From assembly GCA_023213395.1 (NCBI GenBank), contig CM041465.1:195803741-195867740 (forward strand): DNA of 64,000 bases, in the 5' to 3' direction. The notes beneath the pieces were generated by a model. The model did not search any database and had not been told where the DNA came from. It was given only the letters and a program-made list of their open reading frames with translations. Made by a program: the position numbers and the translations under genes. Numbering within the stretch: the first letter of the stretch is position 1; the number at the start of each line of letters is the position of its first letter. Of the stretch, positions 40,964 to 54,130 are shown piece after piece. This DNA is from Cycas panzhihuaensis. Lineage: Eukaryota; Plantae; Cycadophyta.

Positions 40964-42530
40964 TGTTGGGGTATATTTTGGATCATATGGCTGTTGGAAG
41001 ACCAAAGGTAGGCTAGATAACCCTGGATGTGCAGGTACGGACCGTAAGGAGGTACGCACAAGGCAAAACAGTGGAAAACCAAAGATTCGTGCACGTATGA
41101 TAGGTGCGCACCGAACGGCACGCAATACGTATACGTACCATCGGCGTAACGAAAATAGGCGAAGCGTACGCATGACAATACGAGACCGGGGAGCACGGGA
41201 GTTGCTGCACGACGACGCATTTTACGCACGGACAGATTAAGGCATTGGTTAAGGTGTAACCAATGATTAATGAAAAGGTACGCTTGATCGAGGGGAATGC
41301 TTATGACAAAGTCATAACCCTTCAGCCAAAAAGGTACGAAGAGGCACATTTAAGGAAGCCCGCAAGGACCATTCGGTTAGGGTGAGAGCCGAATATTCGT
41401 GTGGTACGCAATGGTGCGGATGCCAGTACGTATGACAGCCAATTAGAGCCGTGTATAATGATGAGTACCACCTGGGCACGCATGTAATGTGTGTATGCTC
41501 TTTGGAATGCACAAGAATGCATTCCAGCCCTCTGTGTAATCAAACTTATTGCTTAATGGAAAGAAGAGTTACGCAGAATTGATATTGTATGTGTTATATG
41601 GCTGAATGTGTACTGAATTTTGTGTTATTGCATGATTATTCTATGTGGTATGAAGTTAAGAAGGAGTATGTGTACTTTCTGTGATGATATGTTGACTGTA
41701 TCCTTAACTAGAGTATAATCTGTGCAATTGACAAGTGTGTTTATCTCATAAGTGTAATAAGATAATCTCCCAAGTCAACATTGGTTCCGTTGCCTGCGTC
41801 CATTGAGGAGGGACAGGGCCCAGAAGTCTCAAAAAGAGGAATGTGTAAAGGGCAGAGGACCACCGGTCCATCGTGATGGCGGTGTCAGAACTAAGCCTCC
41901 GATGCCTGTGGGACCTTCCAATGCCACCAAAAAGGCCTTCAAGGACAGAGGAGCCTCAAAAGGATACTTCACCAAAGGGGAAAGAAACCAGTAGACAAAG
42001 AGCATTACGTTGGGCAAAGGAGTCAAAATTAAGGAGGGCGAGGAGATTAAGTTCGCAAAACAACGAGACTAGAGGGCAATACGTTGAAGAAGCTGAGGCA
42101 GGTGGAGCCCAGACACCTCAGAAGGAGAATGAGGAGAATGATGGCGAACGAATGGTATTAACACCAGCCCCAATTAAGGATGATTTGTTTAGCCCAGAAT
42201 GGGAACAAAAACCAAAAATAAGGAAGGAACATAAGGATACCCTAAGGGAAGAGGAGAGTATACCGGAGGAGCACACCTCGAAGGACCTAAGTGATAACGA
42301 AAAGAGGGCAGAGGAAGGTCCCTCGGCATATTGGGAAAACAAATTAACAAGGCAGCTTTTTGAGGATTTGACAGACAAAGAGTCTAATCAATCATTCGTA
42401 ACAATACAAGTGCCAAGTGTGTTGAAACCTATACACCTGAAAACACCTTTTCAGAATCCATTATTCGGAAAAGATAATATCGCTGGAAGTACTCCAAACA
42501 CACCCCCAGAAGGGAAGGGTGAAGAAGAAG
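40964..42530 (+). mobile_element. 5' LTR (40964-41780), PBS and start of the first ORF of a gypsy element related to 57169-63059
   Basis: tgttgggg...gtcaaca, then tggttccgttgcc; MPPKR..RQRALRWAKE..MVLTPAPIKDDLFSP matches 58193-58620. Confidence 0.88.
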
Positions 42531-45500
42531 AGACAAAATCTGTAGCTCAAGGCCACACAACTCAACATGATCCAAAGGACATGACCTTTTTTGCATATAG
42601 TGGCAGTGATAATGATAATATATGGATCATTGACTCTGGTGCATCACGTCGCATGACAGGTGATGCAAACATATTATCAAATTTTCAAGAATGTAAGGGA
42701 GAAACAGTGACATTTGGGGACAATGCCACTGTAGAAAGATCGGGTGTAGGTCAAATTGCACCTCATAATCAACATTTTGCATTTCCTAATGGGAATGTTT
42801 TCTTAGATCTTGGAATGCCCAAAACTTTACTCTCTATTAGTCAGCTTGATAAGCAGTAGATAAGAGTGTTGTTCAAAGACAAAAAATGTGTAATTAGGAA
42901 CAAAGAGGACCAAATAGTTGCAATCAGTCATGAAGATCATGGCCTCTACAAATTAGATACGACATCTAGATCATCTCATGCATATGTCTCCCATTCTGTA
43001 AACAAGACTCAACTCTAGCATGCACGACTTGGACATCTTAACTTTGACAGCATCAGGTAGATGTTCAGACAAAACTTGGTTTATGGCTTACCCAAAATCT
43101 CTGGGTATAATTGCCTTTGTGAATCATGCCTTATGGGGAAGCAGCATTGCAAACCTTTTGAGAAAGGTAAAGCCTGGAGAGCACAGCATCCATTACAACT
43201 TGTACATTTTGACATTTGTGGTCCCATGACCACTCAGTCTCATGGAGGATCATCATTGTTCATGACATTCATTGATGATTACTCCCATAAAGTGTGGGTC
43301 TATTTTCTCAAGCATAAGTCAGAAGCTTTGAACAAGTTTAAAGAATTCAAACTTGTAGTCGAAAATGAATCAGGCATGCACATCAAAATACTCAGATCAG
43401 ATAATGGTGGTGAGTATATGTCCAGGGACTTCAATCAATTCTGTATTCAAAATGGCATCAAACGCCAATTTTCTGCCCCTTATACACCGCAGCAAAATGT
43501 TGTGGCTAAAAGGATGAACAAAACCCTGGTTAGTAGAGCAAAAGCCATGATGCATGCTAAAGGTCTCTCATTAGTATATTGGCCAGAAGCACTTCTCACT
43601 GTTGCGTATCTGTCAAACCGCAGCTTGACTTCTGCACTTTCGGGCATGACACCCGACAAGGCCTGGGCGGCGAAACCTCTGATCGATCACTTACGAACTT
43701 TTGGATGCACGGCCTAGATGAATATTCCTGATGAGCAAAGATGGAAATTTGATGACAAAAGTCTCAAATGCATCTTTGTTGGATATGCTCCTTGCAGCAA
43801 AGCATATGGGTTGTTTAATCCCATTACTAAAAAGATGCATACTTCATGAGATGTCGTCTTTGCAGAAGACAATCAGGAGATCGACATCAATTCTCTTCCT
43901 CTCTCCCTAGATAAAGGCACAGGAATTATTGAAGAATCTGTCCCTTCAACTTCATCAACTCCTTGTTCTTCATCTGCACCTGTCGCTATCTTCCTTAGTT
44001 TCTTCATCGTGTCCTTCTTCTTCTTCTTCAGAGGTTCAGCAATCATCTCCCTCATAGGACCGTGAAGCCACATCGATGAAGAAGCTACCAAAATGGTACA
44101 TGCAAACTATAGCAGATTCACAAATTGTTGAAGGCAAGCATCCATCCAAAATGCGGCCATCAGCCACTGTCAATTACGCACTTATGGCTGAAGCGCTTAC
44201 TGCTTCTAAGTCTTCCACTTTTGAGGAGGCATGTACTGACAAAAAGTGGCAGGCTGCCATGGATGACGAGATCCACTCCATCTATCAAAATGACACATGG
44301 GACTTGGTTGAATTACCACCTGGCAAACAAGCCATTAGTTGTAAGTGGAACTACAAAATCAAGTATAAGTCTGATGGTACTATTGAGCGACATAAGGCTC
44401 GACTCATTGCCAAAGGTTTCAAACAGCCAGAAGGCATCGACTACACTGAGACATTTGCACCAGTGGCCAATATGAATACCATCAAAATTGTTATGGCCTT
44501 AGCTACACAATGTAAGTGGCCATTGTATCAGATGGATGTCAAAAGCGTCTTTCTCAACGACGATTTGACTAAGGAGGTCTGCCTGGAACAATCTCCTAGA
44601 TATATTTTTGTCGGCAATGAACATCTTGTCTGTCGCCTTAAAAAGGCCTTATATGGTCTAAAACAGGCGCCATGTGCATGGAAATCCAAGATCGATGATT
44701 ACTTTCTGCAGCACAACTTTCATCGATCCACATCTGATTCGAACCTGTACATTAAGGTTCAAAACCAGCATATCACACTTGTTGTTCTTTATGTTGATGA
44801 TTTGATTATCACAGACAATGATGCGGATCTAATTGAGTGTCTCCAAAGGGATTTGAAAAAAAGTTTTGAAATGACAGATCTCGAACTTCTTCACTATTTC
44901 CTTGGCATGGAAGTGTGGCAGCAGCCAAGTCACATTTTCATTTCCCAAGCCAAGTATACTTGGAATATTTTGCAGCGATTCGTAATGGAAGACTGCAAAC
45001 CTTCACCAACACCCATGGAGACGAGCACCAAATTGCCGATGAATGAAGAGGAAAACCCGTTGATTCCACCATTTTCAGGCAACTAGTGGGTAGTCTCATT
45101 TACTTGACTAACACTAGACCTGACATTTCATATGTGGTTGGAATATGTTCCAGATACATGATCATCCCCAATCAGCGACACTGGAATGCTGCAAAATGCA
45201 TCCTCAGATACCTCAAAGGTACTTTGCAGTATGATCTTCATTACACATGTAATAAGAACTTCACACTGGAAGGGTTCTCAGATTCAGATTGGGCTGGATG
45301 CTAAGATAGCCAAAATCCACCTCAGGTTATTGTTTCAACCTTGGGTCTGCCATTGTTTCATGGAGTTGCCAAAAACAACCAAATGTTACGCTTTCTTCCA
45401 CTGAAGCAGAGTACAAAGTTGTTGTCAGCACAACATGTAAAGTTATTTGGTTCAGACGAATTCTTGAAGAGCTTGGACTTGAGCAAACACTTCCAACGCC

Positions 45501-46250
45501 ATTGTATTGTGACAATCAGAGTGTTATCAAGATTGCCAAGAACTCGGTGTTTTATGCACGTACAAAGCATATTGAGGTCCATCACTATTTTATCAGAAAG
45601 CATGTGCAGCAAAGTGAAATTGACCTCGTCTACAAGCCAATCGATCAATAACTAGCCGACATCTTCACCAAACCACTTGGGAAAAAGAAGTTCGAGCATT
45701 TTAAAAGCGGCCTCGGTATTCGACTTAATGATGTATCCATTTAGGGGGGGTGTTAGAACCTTCATTTCCTAAGCATTAAGTCTTGACTATGGGCATTAGT
45801 ATTTTTGTCACTTTAGGCCTATATCCTAAAGTATTCATTTGTTTGATTATAAAATTGTCTTTTGTCTTGTAGTGGCTTTTCACACATGTGCTTGTGTAAA
45901 GTCAACTTTGGAGGGCTCTATCCTTATCCTTGAGAAAAGAAAAGTCCTAATCAGATTTGTCTTTTATTGTTGATCAATGACATGTGGTAAGATCCTGATC
46001 GTCCAATCTCCTTTATAAGGAGTCATATTTTCATGTTTTGGCAAGTAGTATTGGAGTTAGAGTCATGTTGTTGTAATATCTCTTGTAGTTGAAGTGTTGA
46101 GATAAATTCTCCTTCCTACTTGTGTTCATGATAGGTTGAGTTGAGGTTCAATACTCCTCCCCATTATCTTCATGTGTTGTACACCATCTTTTTATTAATC
46201 TAAAGTCTTAAGTCCTTCATGTTCTGATGTCCTATCTAGTTCCTCAATAG
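42531..46250 (+). mobile_element. Ty1/copia pol (PR-INT-RT-RNase H) pseudogene with 3' LTR from 45751
   Basis: WIIDSGAS, LVHFDICGP, LRSDNGGEY, HKARLIAKG, YVDDL, FSDSDWAG; PPT ttaggggggg followed by tgttagaacc. LTR end approximate. Confidence 0.93.
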
Positions 46251-47727
46251 GTTCTGGTGCTTGTGTCTTCTCCATTTGTCTTTCAGAAATTACCTAGATA
46301 GATTCAATACATTCATGCATACCACCCATTGAACTTAAATCCAGTTTTTTATACTAACTAATTCTGAATACGGGTTGGAGTTGTCTTGGCATTATTGGCT
46401 TGATATGGCAATCATGTGCCCGGCAAACAATACCCTATGTAAAAACTATATACCGTTCCAGCTTCACCCAAATCCATCTAGTGACTAGACTATGTAAAAG
46501 TGTATGGTTCAAGCTTCTGTTTCTGTTGCATTTATGCAGCTTGAAACGGAAATAAATTTAAAAGCTTCTGAACTGAGAATGTAATTTTAGTACTCAGTAG
46601 CTAGATGAATTTTATATGTACCCAAAAACCATAAATCTGAATGGTTGCAAAACAAAGACTTTAAGAAAATGACGTAGACCTGTTCACAAATCTTGTGCAA
46701 AAGAAATGTGCTTCCCGAATATTTTATTCTTGAACAAATACATCAAAACAAAATTTGCATTCCATCACAAAGAAACATAGAACCAAGAAACAAAGAAAGC
46801 AACTCAAACATGCAATTGCACCCCCTCCTGTGTAACCAGGTATGCTTCCACTCAACATTTACAAGCGATATGTTTTCCTATTTGCCAGGTTGCAGTGATC
46901 AGAATTGAATCAGACCATCTGGAACAGGAACAGGCCCCCTGATGCAGCACTCCAATCCAGGTTCAGCAACATGCGGCACTAGTTTTATAGACTTTTGATT
47001 TTTTGGAGGGAGGCAAATTTTCAGAGTGGCTTCTTTTTCACAATCTTTTTGGATATAATTTTTTCCCCATCTTTCAGAGGTTTTCTTTGTTTGCTAGGAT
47101 GCAGACATGTCCACACCATCTATACCAAAATTTGTACACAACTGCTAGGCTGGGGACCACCAAGGGGGCATGTCTGCATGCATCCAAATGCAGAAAGTCC
47201 CGGTATACATCTTGGTGCACAACCCGAAGGGCACGTGCATGCACCCTTACAGCCTTGCTATTTTCTAGAAAAGGGGAAAGAAGAATGTTATCTTTGATAT
47301 CAATTCTTGAATTTTTTTCTATTGGCATATAGGTAACTATAAGGTACAGAAATAACATCATCCTGCCCGATACAATCATTCTCATTTTTGCTTAGCAAGG
47401 AATGTAATATTGCCTTTGTCAGCACCCAGATACAGTAAAGACCATGAAAACCATCAGCACAAAACCTTCTTCGAGCCAAAAGATCCTAAACAGAAACACA
47501 AAAGACTTCCAAAGCACACACAAGAAACTAACAAACAACCCCGACACGGCAATATGCATGCTCATTATTCATTCTAAAATTGTTATCTTTCCAATTCTTC
47601 CTTACAGATTGGAATAGAGCTCCAGGAAGTAGGCCATATGCAAAGTTCAAACAGTTTGGTACACTTGCAAAAACCACCCTTTTAGACTTTCTTGCAGATG
47701 ATGTTCATAAGAAAGAGTTATGCCTAC

Positions 47728-47787
47728 CCTGTCCGCAAACAAACTCTCCTTTTTGTTTGTCTTGAATAGTGCCAATTGGAACTCCTC
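47728..47787 (-). CDS. CBL3: CBL exon, 60 bp (EEFQLALFKTNKKESLFADR)
   Basis: Minus strand ttgacag|GAGGAGTTCCAA...GCGGACAGG|gtaggc; phase 0 on both sides. Confidence 0.95.
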
Positions 47788-48019
47788 CTGTCAAACAATG
47801 AATCAAAGTATTAGTAACAACAAACAATAATTACCAATAAACTTCTCTTACACATCATCTTTAGTACGAATTTCCAGTTATCAAGACAGATTAAGAGTGG
47901 GCATATTCATGACTGACCAATCATCCAGACAAGATTAAAAAAAAGAGTCCATCATATACAAGATATGCACATTAAAGAGATCATAACTATATACATCTGT
48001 ACATATATACATACATAAA

Positions 48020-48359
48020 TAGCTGGAAATGCCATTTCTAGGGCCATTTCCCATTTCCAAAACATTGAAACAGCCCGGGAACATTTCTGGTCAGGCCCGC
48101 ATTTAAGGCCCATTTCCGACTGTTTCTGCTCATTTCTAGCTGTTTCTATGCTTTTTGTGTATTTTTATTTTATTTTTAAATGAATAGAATAATGATTTTT
48201 TATTTAAATTTAATTTGTATTTCCTCTCTCTCTCTATCTCTCTCTCTCACACACACACACATGTTTGTCTGGGAGTTCACTGACATTTCTGCATATCTAG
48301 GGATTTTTGGAGATTGGCATTTCAATGTTTCCTCGTTTCCATCTCCACATTTCAGGCTA
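48020..48359. mobile_element. Probable MITE-like element in a TA/CA-rich site
   Basis: Imperfect terminal inverted repeats tagctggaaatg / catttcaggcta, subterminal catttc motifs, and an internal (CT)n(CA)n tract. Confidence 0.4.
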
Positions 48360-49814
48360 CCTATACACACACACATGTATCAACAATACATACACCAAGA
48401 ACCAAGGACTGATGATATCAGAGTAATAGAAGCCTAAGCCTCTATGTACACTCCTAATGATGATCCCAATTTTGAAGTGAGCCCCTTTATACAAGCAGGG
48501 TGACCCTTTTGAGAGTTGGAAACCCTTCCCTGAATCTGCTAATTATGTTTGGCCTAAGTATTCTTTGAACAATTACTTAATAATACTTCAATTATAGATA
48601 AAAAGAACTACAAGTGTACATAACCTATATACAAAAACCATACATATGCATATACTTTACACCTAAGGTAACATTTCCTCCCCTCTATTCCCAAGTGTCC
48701 CCTTGAGGCCAACATCTACCCCCTTCCTTATTTCAGAGCTTTCTTTCAGCTTATCATTGAGAGATACATGTCCTTTTCTAGTTGTCTTGTGAGTTCCTCA
48801 TGAGTTGCAATTAAGGGGAAGGAAAGTTATGAAACTACTTGAAATAGTCTAGGAAGAATCTCAGAGTGCAAAACCAAAGACTACTAAAAGTAAAGTGCAA
48901 AGAGTCAAAGTATTCAATAGCCAAGATGTATAGTTGTCATTGTTGTTGTAGGCAACATCCCATTCTGGGCAAGCTGTTCTAAGTAGTGTTCCTAACACAT
49001 TGCCTACATTCATTGTTCCAACATCATTCGTAGTGGTGTCCCGCCTATCGGTATCGGTCCAATACTATTCTGATATAGCATTCCAATGACATTCTGTTGA
49101 GGGTCACATTCCTACAACCGTTCCCCCACAGGTGGCATTCCCACAAGCATTCCTAGAACAACAGCACAGTTCTTGACGCATAAAAATCTGATCTATGGAC
49201 TAGAAGGAAGGTGCTAGAGTTCCTTGAGAGTTCAATCCCTTCTCCAGAATGCTAATGACACAATGCAGAAGCTTACTGGTGCTTAAACTCACTGCAACAT
49301 AGACGAGCACACAGAAAATGCAAAGGAAGAAACTTCAAAGAGAAGATATGAGCAAATATGATCTTGTATTCAACTCTGAAGAATAGCTAGTGCACAATAG
49401 GAAAGCCCTCTCGCTTTTAAAAATGCCAACTACATCAATAGGTGGAGCAGTTATAAGAAACTAAAAAGGATCTACTCGATTATAAAAACTAGAGGCTAGT
49501 TGCAAATAATTGACATGCACTAACTTAACTACTCCTAAACTAACGTTACTTTCTGACCTTAAGTGAACTCAAAGTTCAAATAGAAATGTTACGTTTAACA
49601 TTATATGGATGACCAGTAGCCACACTCATCAATTCCTCCCTGCTTGGGAGGAGATTGTCCTCAGTTGATAAAAAAAATAGAATTCTCATCCATGGTCTAT
49701 GTAACAAATGTAATATTAATTGTACTTTATTATATCATATGTAACCTAGTTTAGTTAGTCAATTATGTTAGAAACCAATTAGTTGAACTTATTAAAAACT
49801 AACTAGGATGGATT

Positions 49815-50308
49815 TTTGGTTAGATAGTTTAGGTTGCTAAGTGGTCACTGTTGGAATATCAGTAATGCACATTTGTTTTGTTCCACATGCAAGTGGATCC
49901 CACTTGCACTATCATATCATGTATTATAAATATACACAGTGTATCATATGAATATCTATTGTAAGGATGTTTTATTAATACAATTTGAGGTACCTTAAGG
50001 GTACCGTTCGATCCTGGAGGTGTTTTTGTTCTATTTTGTGAATATTTTTGTATAGGTTATGTTTGGTTAGATAGTTTAGGTTGCTAAGTGGTCACTGTTG
50101 AAATATCAATAATGCACATTTGTTTTGTCCCACATACAAGTGGATCCCACTCGCACTATCATATCATGTATTATAAATATACACAATGTATCATACGAAT
50201 ATCTATTGTAAGAATGTTTTGTTAATACAATTTGAGGTACCTTAAGGGTACCGTTCGATCTTGGAGGAGTTTTTGTTCTATTTTGTAAATATCTTTGTAT
50301 AGGTTATG
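49815..50308 (+). repeat. 247-bp tandem duplication of flanking DNA plus almost the whole 5' LTR
   Basis: tttggttagatagtttaggttgctaagtggtcac-tgttg occurs at both 49815 and 50062. Confidence 0.95.
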
Positions 50309-50843
50309 TTTTCCAACATGGTATCAGAGCCAGGTTAAGCAAGCTTGAGCGAGGTGAAGCCTGGTTGAGTGAGGTGAAACCCTAATTCTGCCCTATGATT
50401 GTGTGGAGATGATTTTGACGTTCGTTGAGCAGTGATTGAAGCTACCCGTGTGTGGAGAGATGCCGTACATCTAGTTGCAAACCCTCTGTTGAAGTCAATC
50501 AATTGTGGAATGCTGCAGAACTATAAGTTTATAATACGACATTAATTCATCAATATTTTCAAACCGCCCTTTCCTCTTTCATTCCAGCTGTTATAAATTA
50601 GAGTCGTCACTGTGTTGTTATATTCGCAGTCGCCCACATATGTATTAAATCCAAATTAGTCCAATGAAAACAGTTGTCTCAAAACACGTCTTCAAAACAA
50701 ATAGAAATAACAACGCAACATCCAAACCATCGAGCCTTTGAGTGAACCGATACTAATAATGAAAACAGACTCCCTCAACGTAATTGAGGAAGACACCGAT
50801 GAAATGAGAATGAATACAGCAGAATCGGGCTGCCGCTTCATCT

Positions 50844-50930
50844 TCAACCGCCAGTAAACTTGGTGATGGCCTTGGTGCCCTCAGAGACGGCGTGCTTGGC
50901 AAGTTCACCCGGAAGAAGGAGCCTGGTGGC
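50844..50930 (-). pseudogene. H2B: Histone H2B C-terminal fragment ([28 protein letters not shown])
   Basis: Contains the highly conserved H2B motif [16 protein letters not shown], the plant-type TKF ending and a stop codon; the N-terminal part is absent. Confidence 0.93.
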
Positions 50931-53087
50931 AAGATATACCCATGGTAGAAGTGATCTCAGGCAGAATATACCCATCGGATAACATGAAGATATGGTGCTC
51001 GATGGTTGATTATTGCCATGGTGTTAGGGTTTGATACATGTTGAGCATACTTAGCAGAAAATTGGAATCAATTAATTAGTGAAGAGCTCAGCTTCATCTT
51101 CATTGGATCAACATAGCAACAATGAATTCACTATTACTTGGTGCAAATGAGCAGAGGTCGATGGGATATTGTAGTTTCATTCAGATCCGTAGTGACTATC
51201 ATACATGGTTGTCTTTGAGTGCCACGGTTGGGCGTGACTTCGTGCAGTTATTGAGTCATGCGAGAGGTGTGATTGGAGATAGTCTTTGATAAGCCTTCTT
51301 TCGAATTGAAGGAAGCGTTTCTTGGTTTTGAGAATGGCTGTGCTCTTAGATCTGGCAAGAATGGCAGGTTGATCAATGCTTCATATTAAGGATAGTGGTG
51401 TTGATCTGTCTCGAGGTTGAAGTAAGGTGTGTGCCGCACAAAATTGAAGATAGTTTGCAATTACGCCTCTCCTGGGTTTACGTTCTACCCCGCGTTCCAA
51501 GCACACATTTTGTTAAGGATTGCTATTTATGTCGTGTCGATTGTGTTTGGGATGTAGCACAAGTCTCGTCTCTTTATGCTTCTTGGATTTCAGGTTTAAG
51601 ATGAAATGTTGTGATGTGATCAATGAATGGCGATCTGTCGTATTTGTAAGATCGCTCGGTTTTATCAGTCAATATATTGATCGTTGGCTGTGTTCAGTCA
51701 CATGGTTGCCGTATACACACATAGATTTACGTTATGCATGTTGTCGTGCTGTCATGTGAGATTGCTTCATGCATGTAAAGTCTGGGTCGAGATTTGCACG
51801 TGATGGCCGTAGTAGGCGTCAACGTTATGGCAGATCAGGGCCTGTTATAAGGACCGAAATTGCTCGGGAAGTTTGTCTTATCAAGGTGCCCTTTGTTCAA
51901 TTCGCTTATGAACAAAGGCCCTTTTCGTCCACACGATGCTCTCAGTGAATTAGGGCTTTAAGAGTCGATTGAGGTTTCGCAAATTGCAACAGTGGTTGTG
52001 TGAATTTTCGCCCTATCCTGAGTTGTTTTCACGCCTAGTTTTTAATGTCGTCGTTGCATATTCTTTAGCCATTATCATTGTGTTATTAGCATATGTTGTG
52101 CGCCCTATTTTTATTTGATTTTAAAGTTTTAATGTCGCCTAAACGGAGTGTATTAAGTCATATTGACTTAACACAAAGATATTTCTTTAAGGTTGATTAT
52201 CTTCTTGATTTAGAAGTCACATTCATTGATGGATCATGAGATTGTTTGTAGTTGGTTGTTATCCATTTCTTGTGTGAGTTTGTACTTTGATTAAGAGGGG
52301 AATTGATACAATTATCAAGAATTGGAGGTGTCTATATAGAGCTTATGAGACATGCATGTTGATATATGAGGCTCTCTTGCATATGTTGTACATGGAATAG
52401 TACTTTTGCGATGTGAGACAACATTAAGTCATATTGATGTGAATGTATTTGGCACCCTACGAGTGACTATTGGAGGTGCACGATGGTGATTGTTTAAAGG
52501 CAATTGAGTATTTTCTTACATGTGTTTTGTATGAGAGAGCTATTGTGACGATGACATAATGTGGTGATGCGGCAATTATGCATATGATTGCATGACTGAG
52601 TTGGGTGGCATATGACAACTTAGTGCTCCTTCGAATGTAATTTACATGAAGGAGCTTTATGGGCATGATAAGGCAAATTTGAGGGCAAAAGAAGGCTCAA
52701 AGAGGGCATGTTTGATGGTGTGTTTTTGAATGGGCAAAGAAGGATGAGTTTTGTTGAAGATACCTGAGTTGCAGAGAAGCAAACTTTGTTGAGTTGTGTA
52801 GTGGCATGAGTTGTGTTGTGGGTAATTGAGTAAAGCGTGGTGTGTCTTGGCGATTTAATGGCGACATGTGGCATGTATAATCATTGTGAAAGTTATGAGG
52901 CATTCATTTGATGGTGAAGGAAGTGATTCAAATACTTGTTGATTATTTGGCAATATGAGATATGGACAAGGTGATGATATGATAATGAAGTCAGTGATAT
53001 GAGGGACATAAGACATGAGAAATTTTGTTGAGATTGATTAATGGGCATTGGAAAAAGGGGACATTATTTAGAAATACTCTTACAATC

Positions 53088-54130
53088 ATGGAAGAAAATG
53101 ACGTGGTCATATATGTTCATGAGACAAATGAATACTACTTAAGGGATTCGCATCTTCTGATACCTAAGTGTAATGGAGCAAACTATTTCTTTTGGACAAT
53201 TAAAATGAGAAGTTTTTTCATAGCTAGAGGTTTATGGAAACTTGTTAGTGATGCATATGATATTTCTAAGAATGAAGAAGAAAAAGAAATGCTTGAGAAG
53301 AAAGACAAAAGGCATTTATCATGATTCTTATTGCAATAGACAAGGCTGATCTCCCTTCCGCATATCATTTTGTCATTCCTAAGATTTATCAAGCAAGTAC
53401 TACCAAGGAAGCTTTGGATTTTTTAAGAGATATATTTGAACAAACTCCTGAAGAGATACAACAAATGATTGAAAAGGCAAATAAGATTAGTGATGGTTAT
53501 GATATAGGGAAAATGGATGAAGAAAGTATTACCAACACTGATGAAACGACATGTCAAGATGAAGAATGTATGAGTACTGATGAAAAGAAACTATGGTTGA
53601 ATGTATTGATGAGACTACAACTTCTATTGAAGACATTGAGTGATGAATCAATAAAGGTTTTTTTAGATGACACTATTATTTCAAGGGAAATTGAATATGA
53701 ATCAGATGGTCCTATAGAAGATGAGTCTTATATTGATTCAAGTCTAAATGATGTTCATGCTTTGAGTATTGATTCAAGTTCAAAGAGTATACAAGCTGAT
53801 CAAGATTCCGCTACAAAGGTTGAAGAAATCACTGTTGTATATGGTGATCAAGAATTTATACAGGATATTGATGACAAACACGTTGTATTTGAAGATGGTT
53901 ACTTACAGGATCTACATCAAAATCAAGCTAGACCAAGCATGATGAAGAATCAATATTTGGACTTGTTACAGCTACTACAACAAAGACATCGTTATAGGAT
54001 TGAAGACGAAAATCAAGCTATAGACATCATTCTACAGCAAAGACATCACTACAAGATTGAAGACAAGGATCAAGTTGAAGACATCATCTTCAAGACCTTT
54101 CCAAGGACAAGGTGTTGCAAATACAAGTGA
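53088..54130 (+). pseudogene. Frameshifted copia-type gag with a long acidic tail
   Basis: IPKCNGANYFFWTIKMRSFFIARGLWKLV and IPKIYQASTTKEALDFL are copia gag N-terminal motifs (track ORFs 53025..53324 and 53321..54130). Confidence 0.8.

Larger units (their letters stand above)
2169..47787 (-). other. CBL3: Partial calcineurin B-like (CBL2/CBL3-type) gene: three internal exons; remaining exons not found in the window
   Basis: Spliced exons translate in frame to [74 protein letters not shown], nearly identical to plant CBL2/3. Exon sizes 60/109/53 bp match the conserved CBL structure, and all six splice sites are canonical. CBL2 versus CBL3 orthology cannot be resolved. Confidence 0.93.

Noticed and set aside
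48400-49680. Additional LTR, PPT and PBS-like fragments
   Set aside because: Probably TE-derived, but boundaries and family could not be supported.
50844-50930. Functional H2B gene or horizontal transfer
   Set aside because: No upstream H2B sequence or usable start, and the TKF ending is plant-type.
51883-51960. Hammerhead-ribozyme-like motif on the minus strand (ctgagag...ggacgaaa plus flanking stems)
   Set aside because: The core lacks a base of CUGANGA, stem II does not pair, and there is no valid UH cleavage site or stem I. An Infernal search would settle it.
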